DNA of 64,000 nucleotides from Candidatus Micrarchaeota archaeon (lineage in GTDB: Archaea > Micrarchaeota > Micrarchaeia > Anstonellales > Anstonellaceae), in the NCBI GenBank assembly GCA_026413965.1, contig JAOAJY010000002.1:12273-76272 (forward strand), in the 5' to 3' direction. The position numbers and the translations under genes were made by a program. Positions 8,244-16,830 of this stretch are shown one piece after another (the stretch's first letter is position 1; every line of letters starts with the position of its first letter). A model generated the notes under the pieces. That model worked only from the letters and a program-made list of their open reading frames with translations, did not search any database and was not told where the DNA came from.

Positions 8244-9425
8244 CTATATTGCCTTCAGCCTGCGCCCCACTCTCTCAAATGCCGCAAGAGCGTCCTCAAT
8301 GTCCTCTTTTTTGTGCGCTGCGGTTATCATGGTGCGTATCCGCGCCTTGTCTTTTGCCACCATGGGATAGACTATGGGCAGCGCAAACACCCCCTCCTCA
8401 AAAAGCTGCCTGGAGAATTCCTGGGCAAGCTTGCTTTCCCCAAGCATGACAGGGGTTATTGGCGTTTGGCTTTCGCCAATGTCAAAGCCAAGCTTTTTCA
8501 GCCCGCGCTTCCATTTCTTCGCGTTGCGCCAAAGCTTGCGGACAAGCCGGTCGTCTTTCTCCAAAAGCTCAATTGCTGCCTTGCAAGCCGCGACAGTGGC
8601 AGGAGGCGCAGAGCCGGACAGCAGAAAAGAGCGCGCTTTGTTCTGCAGAAAATCATAGAGAGCCTGAGAGCCTGCCACATAGCCCCCCACCACGCCGAAG
8701 GCTTTTGAGAAGGTCCCCATCTCAACCTCAATTTTTCCCTCAAGCCCAAAATGGGAGACTATGCCGCGCCCATGCTCCCCAAGCACCCCGTCGCCGTGGG
8801 CGTCATCCACATAAACAAAAGCGCCGTGGCTGTGCGCAAGCTTTTCAATCTCGTCAAGAGGGGCAATGTCGCCATCCATGGAGAATACGCCGTCGGTTAT
8901 CACCCAGATTTTCTTGTAGCCTTTTGAGCTTGCCTCTTTAAGAATCCTCTCCAAGTCCGACATGTCCTTGTGCTTGTATATTGCCCGCTCGGCTTTGGAG
9001 AGCCTCACCCCGTCAATTATGCTTCCATGGTTCAGCTCGTCTGAAATCAGCAGGTCCCCTTCCACGCCAAGCTGCGGCACTGAGCCCTGGTTGGCAGCAA
9101 AGCCTGTCTGGAAATAAAGGGCGGCTTGCGTTCTCTTGAAGCGGGCGATTGCCTTCTCAAGCTCAAGGTGCAGATCCATGGTGCCTGCTATTGCGCGCAC
9201 TGAGCCTGAGCCTGCGCCATGCGACCGGACCGCCGCAATGGCGGCTTTCTTGAGGGCCTTGTGCTCAGAAAGCCCAAGGTAGTTGTTGGAGCAAAACATT
9301 ATGACGTCCTTCCCATCCACATTGCATCTTGGCCTGCTCCCTCCTGCAAGCCTCCTGAGCTTCCAGTCCAGCCCCTTTTCCCTAAGGGAATTCACCTCTG
9401 ACTCAAGGTATGCGTCAAGATTCAT
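8244..9425 (-). CDS. PLP-dependent alpha-oxoamine synthase (2-amino-3-ketobutyrate CoA ligase / 8-amino-7-oxononanoate synthase family)
   Basis: SNNYLGL, DELNHGSIIDG, DDAHG and GTFSKAFG (PLP-binding Lys) motifs. The start is set at the internal ATG (MNLDAYLESE). Confidence 0.85.
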   Translation of the reverse strand: MNLDAYLESEVNSLREKGLDWKLRRLAGGSRPRCNVDGKDVIMFCSNNYLGLSEHKALKKAAIAAVRSHGAGSGSVRAIAGTMDLHLELEKAIARFKRTQAALYFQTGFAANQGSVPQLGVEGDLLISDELNHGSIIDGVRLSKAERAIYKHKDMSDLERILKEASSKGYKKIWVITDGVFSMDGDIAPLDEIEKLAHSHGAFVYVDDAHGDGVLGEHGRGIVSHFGLEGKIEVEMGTFSKAFGVVGGYVAGSQALYDFLQNKARSFLLSGSAPPATVAACKAAIELLEKDDRLVRKLWRNAKKWKRGLKKLGFDIGESQTPITPVMLGESKLAQEFSRQLFEEGVFALPIVYPMVAKDKARIRTMITAAHKKEDIEDALAAFERVGRRLKAI

Positions 9426-9528
9426 GCTACACCTCTGCAGACACATCAGCAGCAAGATTAAAACGCCTATCGGCATCGGCAAGCAGCTTTGCCTAAATAT
9501 TTAAACTGCTCGCGGCAGAAATTTTGCG

Positions 9529-10323
9529 GTGCATATGCTCCATTTCATAAGGTTTTTTTCAGGCGGAGGCAAGCCGACCATCCTTTTCCGCAGCGCAGAG
9601 GGGCTGGGAGGGCATGAGCTTGAGGCAGGAAAGCGCCACAGGCTTGCCTTTTCAGACAAGCGCGCGTGCGTGGGATTCCGCTCGCCCTCTTCCCTTGCCC
9701 CCTGCCCCAACCACGCGGTCAATGTGAAGCAGTGCCCTGCATGCGCCCTGCTTGACATATCAAAAGCCTATACAGTGGGGGACTTCACAGGCCACCCTGA
9801 GCTTTATGAGAAGGCAAAGGAGGAGGAATACTGCCTTTATCTTGCTGGCTTTGGGGAGGACATAATCAAATGCGGAGTCACAAGGGCAGAAAGATTTGAG
9901 GAGCGCATGCGCGAGCAGGGGGCGGATTTTGGCTGCATGATTGCGTCCCAAAAAGGGCCTGACGGAATTTATGGCGCCGAGGCAGCAATACAGGCGAGGT
10001 TCAATTTCGCCAATTCTGTCCGCATGGAGCAGAAGATGCGGAGGCTTGATTTTGACGCGAATTTGGCAAGGGAGAACTTCAAAGCCGCGGTGGAGATGGT
10101 GAGAGGCTCAGGATGCCTGCCGGATTTCTCCCCAAAGATATTGGAGCTATCCGCATTTTACCCCAGAGCCTCTTGCCCCCAAAGAGCCGGATTTGTGGAT
10201 GGGAAAATACTTGGGGCAAAAGGCGAAATACTTCTTTTTGAGGCAGAGGGAGGAAGGCAGATGGCGGCAAACATGCGCCAGATGATTGGGCTTTTTTTTG
10301 AGCCAAAAGAGCCCTACCTGTAA
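9529..10323 (+). CDS. Hypothetical protein, possibly DUF2797-like (Cys cluster plus GIY-YIG-like core)
   Basis: 264-aa ORF with CPNHAVNVKQCPAC followed by YCLYLAGFGEDIIKCGVTRAERFEERMREQG. The family assignment is from memory only. Confidence 0.4.
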   Translation: MHMLHFIRFFSGGGKPTILFRSAEGLGGHELEAGKRHRLAFSDKRACVGFRSPSSLAPCPNHAVNVKQCPACALLDISKAYTVGDFTGHPELYEKAKEEEYCLYLAGFGEDIIKCGVTRAERFEERMREQGADFGCMIASQKGPDGIYGAEAAIQARFNFANSVRMEQKMRRLDFDANLARENFKAAVEMVRGSGCLPDFSPKILELSAFYPRASCPQRAGFVDGKILGAKGEILLFEAEGGRQMAANMRQMIGLFFEPKEPYL

Positions 10324-11039
10324 GGGATGTATTTTTTGTATTTCAGGAATTTGCGGAGAACGGAATTGGGCATGTGCGTCATGATTTCCAAGTTGGCGTA
10401 ATACTCTATGGAGCTTATTGTCCCGCCTTTGAACATTCTGCGGGAGGAGGTGATTACGTGCGTTTTTGGGCAGAAGACCACCTTGCCTATCTTGTGCAGC
10501 CTCCGCGCCATCGCGCCATCCTCAAGAGGCTTGTTGGGGAAGCCGCCGACCCGCATGAAGTCCTTTTTCCGAATCACGCAATTGAAGCCCTGAAGCTCCC
10601 CTATCCCCAGCCTGCCTAAAAGGTGGAGGTACTTGTTTGAAAGCGTCTCGATTATGCGCAACGCATTGGTGTGCCGGTCAAACTTGAACGCGCAGGAGAG
10701 GCCTGAGATTCTCCTGTCCTGCATCGCCTGATAGACAACATCAAGATAATTGGGCGGGATTATGGTGTCTGCGTCAATGAAAACCAGCAGCCTGCCTTTG
10801 GCTTTCTTCGCCCCCTCGTTCCTTCCAGCCCATATGCCGCTTTTTGGGCTCACCACAATCTTGTCTGCGTATTTGGAGGCAATCTTCAAGGTCCGGTCCG
10901 AGCTTTTTCCGTCTGCGACTATCAGCTCAAACCTCAGGCGCGTCTTTTGGGACTTTATTGAGCGAAGCGTCCGCTCTATGTATTTCTCCTCATTCAGCGC
11001 AGGCACAATGAAAGATGCGTCAATCCTACTTGAGCTCAT
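10314..11039 (-). CDS. Family 2 glycosyltransferase
   Basis: SFIVPALNEEKYIERTLRSIKSQ, ADGKSSDRT and FIDADT (DxD) motifs. The start is set at the internal ATG (MSSSRID), which overlaps the upstream GT4 gene by 14 nt. Confidence 0.8.
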   Translation of the reverse strand: MSSSRIDASFIVPALNEEKYIERTLRSIKSQKTRLRFELIVADGKSSDRTLKIASKYADKIVVSPKSGIWAGRNEGAKKAKGRLLVFIDADTIIPPNYLDVVYQAMQDRRISGLSCAFKFDRHTNALRIIETLSNKYLHLLGRLGIGELQGFNCVIRKKDFMRVGGFPNKPLEDGAMARRLHKIGKVVFCPKTHVITSSRRMFKGGTISSIEYYANLEIMTHMPNSVLRKFLKYKKYIPYR

Positions 11040-12165
11040 CGTAAAACCTCCCCACTTTTGAAGCGACAATGTCCCATGTGAATTCGCGCAGCACGCGCTT
11101 GCGAGCCTCCTTGCCGATGCGCAGCGCAAGCTTGCGGTCAGAAAGAAGAAGGCATATGCTCTCATGAAGCTGCCGCGGGCTTGCGGGCTCTGCCAGGATG
11201 CCGGATTTCCCATGCTGTATTATCTCCTTCAGCCCGCCAATCCTGCTTCCGATGCAAGGCTTTGCGCATCCCATTGCCTCAAGCATGGCTATTCCGCAAG
11301 GCTCGTAAAGCGAGGGAAGGACAAACAGGTCGATTGAATTGTAAAGCCCGGCAAGGCTTTTGTCGGTTATCCTGTTGGAGATGAAATGGATGTTGACTCC
11401 GTTCGCTTTCGCCTGCGCCCTCAGCCTGTCTTTCAGCGGGCCTCTCCCCAAAATCACCAGCCCTGCGTCTATTCCCCTCATGGCATCCACAAGATGGTGC
11501 AGCCCCTTTTGCGGAAGGAGGCGGGCGTTGCTGAAAACAACAGGCAGCTTCACCTCATTTTCGGCAAAATACTCCATCCACTCGCGGCTCGGCTTTGCCG
11601 GCCTGTAGAACCTTTCGTCAATCCCGTTGTATATCACCTTGGTCGGCTTGCTGAAGCCTTTCGGGAGAGTCATGTCCAGCGTGTCCTGGCTGACGCCCAT
11701 CACCCCAGTGCACATGCGCATGAGCCTCTTTGCGAACCAATCATCCCAAAGGCAGCCGAAGAAATCAGTCATGAGGTCTATGCCCACCGGGCGGGAGTTG
11801 TGCAGAGTGAGGAAAAGCTTCTTGCCTCCGTCAACTGCCAGCTTGCCAATATCCGGCCCGAAGACGAACCGGTTGTGTATGTGCATGGCTTCAGCTTTCG
11901 CAAGCTCCCTTCTTATGTCCTGGACAAGATTGGGCATTATGGGCATGGGCGGAGGCAGGGGATGAGGCAGGCTGTAGAGTATCTTCGCTGGGGTGCGGAC
12001 CACCCTCATGCCAAAAATCTCCTCTTGCGGCTCGGTGTTTTGCATCTGGGCCGCAAGCACTGTTATCGCGTGCTTTTTCGCAAGCCTTTTCCCCACCTCA
12101 AGGATGTGCTTTTCTGTCCCGCCAGGGTAGGGGTAAAAAAAAGGATTCAGCATCAAAATATCCAA
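11026..12165 (-). CDS. Family 4 (GT-B) glycosyltransferase
   Basis: N-terminus FYPYPGGTEKHILEV and a C-terminal EPCGIAMLEAMGCAKPCIGSRIGGLKEII (E-x7-E type) motif. Confidence 0.8.
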   Translation of the reverse strand: MDILMLNPFFYPYPGGTEKHILEVGKRLAKKHAITVLAAQMQNTEPQEEIFGMRVVRTPAKILYSLPHPLPPPMPIMPNLVQDIRRELAKAEAMHIHNRFVFGPDIGKLAVDGGKKLFLTLHNSRPVGIDLMTDFFGCLWDDWFAKRLMRMCTGVMGVSQDTLDMTLPKGFSKPTKVIYNGIDERFYRPAKPSREWMEYFAENEVKLPVVFSNARLLPQKGLHHLVDAMRGIDAGLVILGRGPLKDRLRAQAKANGVNIHFISNRITDKSLAGLYNSIDLFVLPSLYEPCGIAMLEAMGCAKPCIGSRIGGLKEIIQHGKSGILAEPASPRQLHESICLLLSDRKLALRIGKEARKRVLREFTWDIVASKVGRFYDELK

Positions 12166-12177
12166 CCAAACACCCTT

Positions 12178-12984
12178 TCAAAGAACCTCTGCCCCTCTTC
12201 CTGAAACTTCTGCCTCAAGGCAAAGCCGGGGCTTTCTTGCCGAAACTATTCTGCTTGCGGAAAAAAGAGTCTTGCCAAGCATCGCCATGCTGGCATGAGG
12301 ATTTGCATCCAGCTCGCCTTTGCACCAATCAGCAAGCCCTGTGTTCTGCGCAAAGCTTCGTGAGGCGGAGATGAATCCTTCCCAGCTTCTTTGCGAAAAC
12401 AAACGGTCAAGCGCCTTTTTGCCATGGAAATTTACCTTTCTTTTCCACCCTTTTTGGAGTATCACAGAGGAGGTCTTTATGGGCGAAAAGAATGCGAAGT
12501 GGGCTTTTTTCCCCTCTGCCTCAATCCTTATCGGCTTTTCCCCCACTCTTCTGAGGGCAAGCAGCCCCCCAAGCGAGGCAGCATCAGCCCCGGAAAGCCC
12601 GGTTCCGCACTCCACTTCGCAGTCATGCGCTATCTTCACGCACTGGCTTCTTGGAAAGCCGCAGCCCAAAAGCTCATTCAAAGCAAGCGAGAGCGAGAGG
12701 GCTCCTGCTGCGCTCATCCCAAGCCCGTAGCCTATTGGGACAGCTGCCTGGTGCCTCACCTCGAGCCGCAAGCTTCCTGCGTGCTTTTGGAACTTTCTTA
12801 TGACCGCGCGCGAAACTTTAGCCAAGCTGCGCTTGCCGTTTATGAAAATCTTTCCGCTGGGGCTTTCTGAAACCACAGTGGTCATGCCCTTGCTTATGCA
12901 AAAGCCTGCTCCTGCTGCGTCTCCCTTCTCTATTGTGAATATGCCTGTTGCGTAAGCGGGGCAGAATGCCGAGGCTTTGCGCAT
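12178..12984 (-). CDS. GHMP-family kinase, archaeal pantoate kinase-like
   Basis: GHMP phosphate-binding motif VPIGYGLGMSAAGALSLSLAL and an N-terminal AFCPAYATGIF as in COG1829 pantoate kinases. Confidence 0.6.
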   Translation of the reverse strand: MRKASAFCPAYATGIFTIEKGDAAGAGFCISKGMTTVVSESPSGKIFINGKRSLAKVSRAVIRKFQKHAGSLRLEVRHQAAVPIGYGLGMSAAGALSLSLALNELLGCGFPRSQCVKIAHDCEVECGTGLSGADAASLGGLLALRRVGEKPIRIEAEGKKAHFAFFSPIKTSSVILQKGWKRKVNFHGKKALDRLFSQRSWEGFISASRSFAQNTGLADWCKGELDANPHASMAMLGKTLFSASRIVSARKPRLCLEAEVSGRGAEVL

Positions 12985-13037
12985 GGTTGAACTCCTCTGA
13001 AAATGCATTTAAACTTAAACCCCTGCCCTCCTTAACC

Positions 13038-13048
13038 ATTTAAATATT
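13038..13048 (+). promoter_or_regulatory. TATA-like box for tRNA-Val
   Basis: ATTTAAATATT centred about 29 nt upstream of the tRNA 5' end. Confidence 0.5.
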
Positions 13049-13071
13049 GCCAATTAGAAAACCAAAGGTTT

Positions 13072-13175
13072 GGGCCCATAGTCGAACGGCATTTTCCAGA
13101 AGGCAGGTGCCCGGCAATGGTTAAGACGTCTGCTTGACGTGCAGAAGACTGGGGGTTCGATTCCTCCTGGGCCCA
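13072..13175 (+). tRNA. tRNA-Val(GAC) with a ~30-nt insertion in the D-loop
   Basis: GGGCCCA-TA-GTCG-AACGG[insert ...CCCGGCAATGG]TTA-AGAC-G-TCTGC-TTGACGT-GCAGA-AGACT-GGGGG-TTCGATT-CCTCC-TGGGCCC-A. D-loop plus insert is 39 nt and the gene totals 104 nt. Confidence 0.8.
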
Positions 13176-13287
13176 TCCCTAGGGGGCGCTAAGAATATCC
13201 CAAAAGCCCCCTGAGGGCTCACCCCCAACATGCAACCTAAGGGTTTGTTGAGGGGCACTAAGAATAACCGAAAAGCCCCCTGCGTTG
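13176..13287 (+). repeat. 112-nt tRNA-trailer element, copy B (directly 3' of tRNA-Val)
   Basis: It starts at the nucleotide after the discriminator A and matches the reverse complement of 5296..5407 at 106 of 112 positions. It contains two direct sub-repeats, AGGGG(G)C-[18-nt A-rich loop]-GCCCCCT, flanking a 44-nt core that is identical in both copies. Confidence 0.9.
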
Positions 13288-13318
13288 AAAACTTTTCCAA
13301 AATAAGAATGCAAAAAAT

Positions 13319-13837
13319 CTATCGGCTTTCTTTTCTGTATTCCTCAATTGCGTGCCGTGCAAGCTTTTCCATCATCTGCCGGTCTTTGAAAAACTGCTTT
13401 ATCATCTCGTAGGCTGCGCGGCCGTTGGCCTTCAGCTTGCCGCCTTTGGAATCCACAAGCCCAGCGCGCGAGATGCCTCCTATTGGGTCCAAGCATCTTT
13501 CTTCAAGCAAGCCTCCGTCCTTTTCTTTCAGCATGCGCTTGCCTACTTCCTTTGCCCTGGCTATAAGCTCCTTGAGGTTTGCGCGCACAAGGGTTTCTGC
13601 TGCCTGATTGCCCCAGTCGCACAGCCGGACATACCGTTTCCCATCCACCACTGCTACAGTTGCCTGGCGGAAATCTTTTTTCAGGCGAGCCTTTATCATG
13701 CCGTCTTCTTCTGAAAGCTTTATCCCCCTGGGCTTTTTGCGCGCAGGCTTCATCAAGTCCTCATTCAAGACCTGCTCAAAGGAAGAGAGGTGCCTGCTTG
13801 GGGGGCTGGGAATTCGCGCGCGCTTTTGCCTCATCAT
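13319..13837 (-). CDS. Hypothetical basic protein downstream of dnaG
   Basis: 172 aa from the internal ATG (MMRQKRAR), beginning 6 nt after the dnaG stop. Lys/Arg-rich. No family was recognised. Confidence 0.5.
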   Translation of the reverse strand: MMRQKRARIPSPPSRHLSSFEQVLNEDLMKPARKKPRGIKLSEEDGMIKARLKKDFRQATVAVVDGKRYVRLCDWGNQAAETLVRANLKELIARAKEVGKRMLKEKDGGLLEERCLDPIGGISRAGLVDSKGGKLKANGRAAYEMIKQFFKDRQMMEKLARHAIEEYRKESR

Positions 13838-13842
13838 GCCAA

Positions 13843-15150
13843 TCACGTTTTGGTGTATATCAATACCGTCTGCGGCTTGCGGAAGACATTGCCCAGCTTT
13901 ATGCCCACAAGGCATGCAACCTTCTTGTTTTCAGACAAATCAGCAAGCCTTTGGGTTATTATCCCGTCAAATACAATGGCATAGACCTCTTCTTGCTCCT
14001 CCAGGCTTTTTATCATGTCCCTCACAGGCATCTCTTTGATGACTTCCAGCTGGGAATTGTAAAATCTTGCCCTAAGGGTGTTCTCAAGCTCCTCCAGGCT
14101 TGCCAGAAGCTGGGGCGGAACCTCTGAAACTTGCAAGGATGGGGCAGGAGCCTCCTCGCGCGCCTCAGCAGGCGGGATTGGCACCTGCACTTCTTCTTGC
14201 AAAGAGGAAGGCGCTGCTGGTGGGGAAGCAGGAGAGGAATAAGGCTTCTGCTCCTCATACCTTCTTCTCTGCCTTTCCTGGCTTTCGTACCTTTTTGCAG
14301 CCTTCCTGTCATTTTCCTGCTTCTCTTCCTTTCCTGCCTGCTCAAACGGGACTTTTGCCCGGAGGCATTTGATAAGCTCCTTTCTTGAAAGCTCCTCAAC
14401 CTCCTTTCCATCAGGCGCCCTGGCGACAAAATCAATGTCTGCCACCCTGGCAAGCTCGTTGAGGATTATGTCTCCCCCCCTGTCGCCGTCCAAAAACACG
14501 GTGACTTCTTTTTCTCGGGCAAGCTTGGCTATGGTGCTGGTGATGTTGGCGCCTCCCACCGCCACCACGTTGGTGATGTCGTTTTTCAGGAGGTTGAGCA
14601 CATCAGCCCTGCCCTCAACAATTATTATGGAATCCTGCTTTTCTATCGCAGGCCCGCAGGGGAGCCTCTCAGGTCCATATTCTTCAATTTCGGCAATCTT
14701 GACCTCTTGGCGGACCATCTCAGAAATCTCCTTGCTTTCCGGTATCTCATTTGTGAGCAGGCTTTTGAGCAGGCTTTTTGCCCGGTCAACAAGCACTTTT
14801 CTTTTCGCGTTCCTGGTGTCCTCTATCTTCTCAACAGATATCCTGGCTTCGCAGGGGCCTACCCTATCCACTGTCTCAAGCGCAGCTGCAAGTATGCAGG
14901 TTTCCACCATGTCCAATGATGAAGGCAGCTTTATCTTTCCGCTGCTTCTGCCTCCTCTTGGCTGAAGGTCCACCTCAATCCTGCCAATCCTGCCGTTTTT
15001 CTGCAAGTCCCGAAGGTCAAGCTCGTCTCCAAGCAGCCCCTCGGTCTGGCCAAAGATGGCTCCAACCACATCAGGCTTCTCCACCAATCCGTCTATCTCC
15101 ACATTCGCATACACAAGGTACTTGACTGTGTCAATGTAAGTTTTTCCCAT
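13843..15150 (-). CDS. dnaG: Archaeal DnaG-type primase (Toprim domain)
   Basis: N-terminus MGKTYIDTVKYLVYANVEIDGLVEKPDVVGAIFGQTEGLLG, typical of archaeal DnaG. Toprim core IIIVEGRADVLNL...VFLDGDRGGD. Confidence 0.9.
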   Translation of the reverse strand: MGKTYIDTVKYLVYANVEIDGLVEKPDVVGAIFGQTEGLLGDELDLRDLQKNGRIGRIEVDLQPRGGRSSGKIKLPSSLDMVETCILAAALETVDRVGPCEARISVEKIEDTRNAKRKVLVDRAKSLLKSLLTNEIPESKEISEMVRQEVKIAEIEEYGPERLPCGPAIEKQDSIIIVEGRADVLNLLKNDITNVVAVGGANITSTIAKLAREKEVTVFLDGDRGGDIILNELARVADIDFVARAPDGKEVEELSRKELIKCLRAKVPFEQAGKEEKQENDRKAAKRYESQERQRRRYEEQKPYSSPASPPAAPSSLQEEVQVPIPPAEAREEAPAPSLQVSEVPPQLLASLEELENTLRARFYNSQLEVIKEMPVRDMIKSLEEQEEVYAIVFDGIITQRLADLSENKKVACLVGIKLGNVFRKPQTVLIYTKT

Positions 15151-15522
15151 ATTTTCACCTTCGCAAAACAAGACTCACGGCTTCAAGGTTGTGGTTGCAG
15201 CTGGCAGCTAGCCTAGGCATCAAAGCAGGCGACTGCTTGCCTGCAAATCCTGGCAGAAAGCCATGCTTTCCATCAAGCCCAACCTCAAAAAGATTGCAGC
15301 CCTTGCCAAAATCAAATGCCTGCAGCCTTGCTGCCGGCATGGCAACAATGAGCATGAATCTTTATGACAACCTCCGCACAAGCGGAGCCGTGAATCTTCT
15401 GATGTGCGGTGCGCTGTTGACAGGGGATTCATCGCTTAATGCTCCTGCTGCCATCCACGCACAGCATATCCCTTATGGCTTGATGGCTATATAAACCTTG
15501 CCCTGCAGAAGGCGCAGGAGCC

Positions 15523-16398
15523 TCAATCCTGCTGGCTTGCAGGCACCTCGGCTGCAAACACTCTCTCTGCGCTTCTTCCTTCTGCATCCTCCACCCTTAC
15601 AACAAGCTTTATTTTTGGCGGCAAGTCTTGGGAAGGAAGAGGCATCCCATAAATGCGCCCGTCAGAGTCAAATTTCAGCCCATAAAGGTAGTCTTTCGTG
15701 GAATATGTGTAGGGCGGAACGCCGCCTGATGCTTTGAATTGGAAAAAATATTCCTTTCCAGGCACAATTGGCGGAAGGAAATGGCCGCTTTCGAAGTGGA
15801 GCCCAAAGCTGCCATCTTCTGCTGTCATGTTGCAGGCGACCATCAGCTTCCGGGCGCTTGCCTGCGTCCCCTCGCGCGGAACTCCCATGGGGACAAATGG
15901 GTCTTCCTTCCGGTAAGAAATCTGCACGCTTGCCTTCTCTTTCTCTCCAGGAACGCAGCCAACAGGCTCTGGCATCTCTATTCCCACAAGCTGCCGTTTG
16001 CCATTGGGAGCAAGCACAGGCCCCACTCTTCCTGTAAAGGCATCGCAGATTGAGGAAGGCTGCTGGCCGTCTATCTGCATTCCGGTTATTGAATATGTTC
16101 CAATCCAGACATTTTCCATCTCCAAGACATACCCGTTGCTGCTTCCTCCGCATGGCGAGGCTTGGGGGGTTTTGCTTGCGTAATGTATCCTGAAAGGCAC
16201 AGCTTGGGTCGACCAAAAGACTGCAGATTCTGACGAGCCGGTTTCATCATAAATCCAGGTGGCTATCGCAGGCACATATATCAGCGCGTTTATGAAAGAA
16301 AGCACAACTATCATGATTAGCGCAAATATTATGCCATAAATGCTTATGTCAAGCTCATTTTCCAAGCGGCTTTGCATCGCAAGGCATTTTTGCGCCAT
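15523..16398 (-). CDS. Secreted pilin/adhesin-like protein with an Ig-like (GGxPPY) C-terminal domain
   Basis: From the ATG at 16398 the protein starts MAQKCLAMQSRLENELDISIYGIIFALIMIVVLSFINALIYV (a short leader, then a hydrophobic helix). The C-terminus YFFQFKASGGVPPYTYS...DSDGRIYGMP resembles a putative-Ig/cadherin-like repeat. Confidence 0.5.
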   Translation of the reverse strand: MAQKCLAMQSRLENELDISIYGIIFALIMIVVLSFINALIYVPAIATWIYDETGSSESAVFWSTQAVPFRIHYASKTPQASPCGGSSNGYVLEMENVWIGTYSITGMQIDGQQPSSICDAFTGRVGPVLAPNGKRQLVGIEMPEPVGCVPGEKEKASVQISYRKEDPFVPMGVPREGTQASARKLMVACNMTAEDGSFGLHFESGHFLPPIVPGKEYFFQFKASGGVPPYTYSTKDYLYGLKFDSDGRIYGMPLPSQDLPPKIKLVVRVEDAEGRSAERVFAAEVPASQQD

Positions 16399-16470
16399 CC
16401 TTATTATTTCTAACTGGCTCCAAGAAACCCATTTAAGCTTTTTTCCTCCAAAAAAGTTAGGTGTGTTTTT

Positions 16471-16830
16471 ATGGAAAAAGCAGTGAAGAATGCGAAGAAT
16501 GAGGAAAGGAACAAAGCCTATGGCTTTGAGGACAGGGCAAACAGGATAGGGATTTCCCATTTTTACTCGCGCATCCTCAACCGGGATATTGCCGTATTGT
16601 CATCCGACAACAAGAAAGGAGAGCCGGTCACCATATTCGGCGAAGCAGTCTCATTTGGAATGCCTCTCCCGAAAGCCAAGCTTGAGGAAAACGAGTGGCA
16701 GCTCAAGGTGACGCACTCCAAAGACTATGTGTATTATTGCGTCTACATAAAGCTTCCAGAGCTGGTTGAAAGTGAGGCTAAAAAAATCCTGACAGATAAG
16801 GCAAAAAGGCAAGACCTTGGCTCACGCTAG
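16471..16830 (+). CDS. Hypothetical protein
   Basis: 119-aa ORF with an ATG start, divergent from the adhesin-like gene. No motif was recognised. Confidence 0.4.
   Translation: MEKAVKNAKNEERNKAYGFEDRANRIGISHFYSRILNRDIAVLSSDNKKGEPVTIFGEAVSFGMPLPKAKLEENEWQLKVTHSKDYVYYCVYIKLPELVESEAKKILTDKAKRQDLGSR

Noticed and set aside
13230-13412. ORFs reading through the trailer element (MQPKGLLRGTKNNRKAP... here, and the equivalent frame in copy A).
   Set aside because: The two copies diverge immediately outside the 112-nt repeat, so the peptides share only the repeat-encoded residues. Conservation is better explained at the nucleotide/structure level.
15189-15494. A 101-aa plus-strand ORF in the dnaG upstream gap, considered as a real gene.
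   Set aside because: It depends on a non-ATG start, has an Ala/Pro/Ser-rich composition, and has no motif. It is kept only as part of the unexplained-gap finding.
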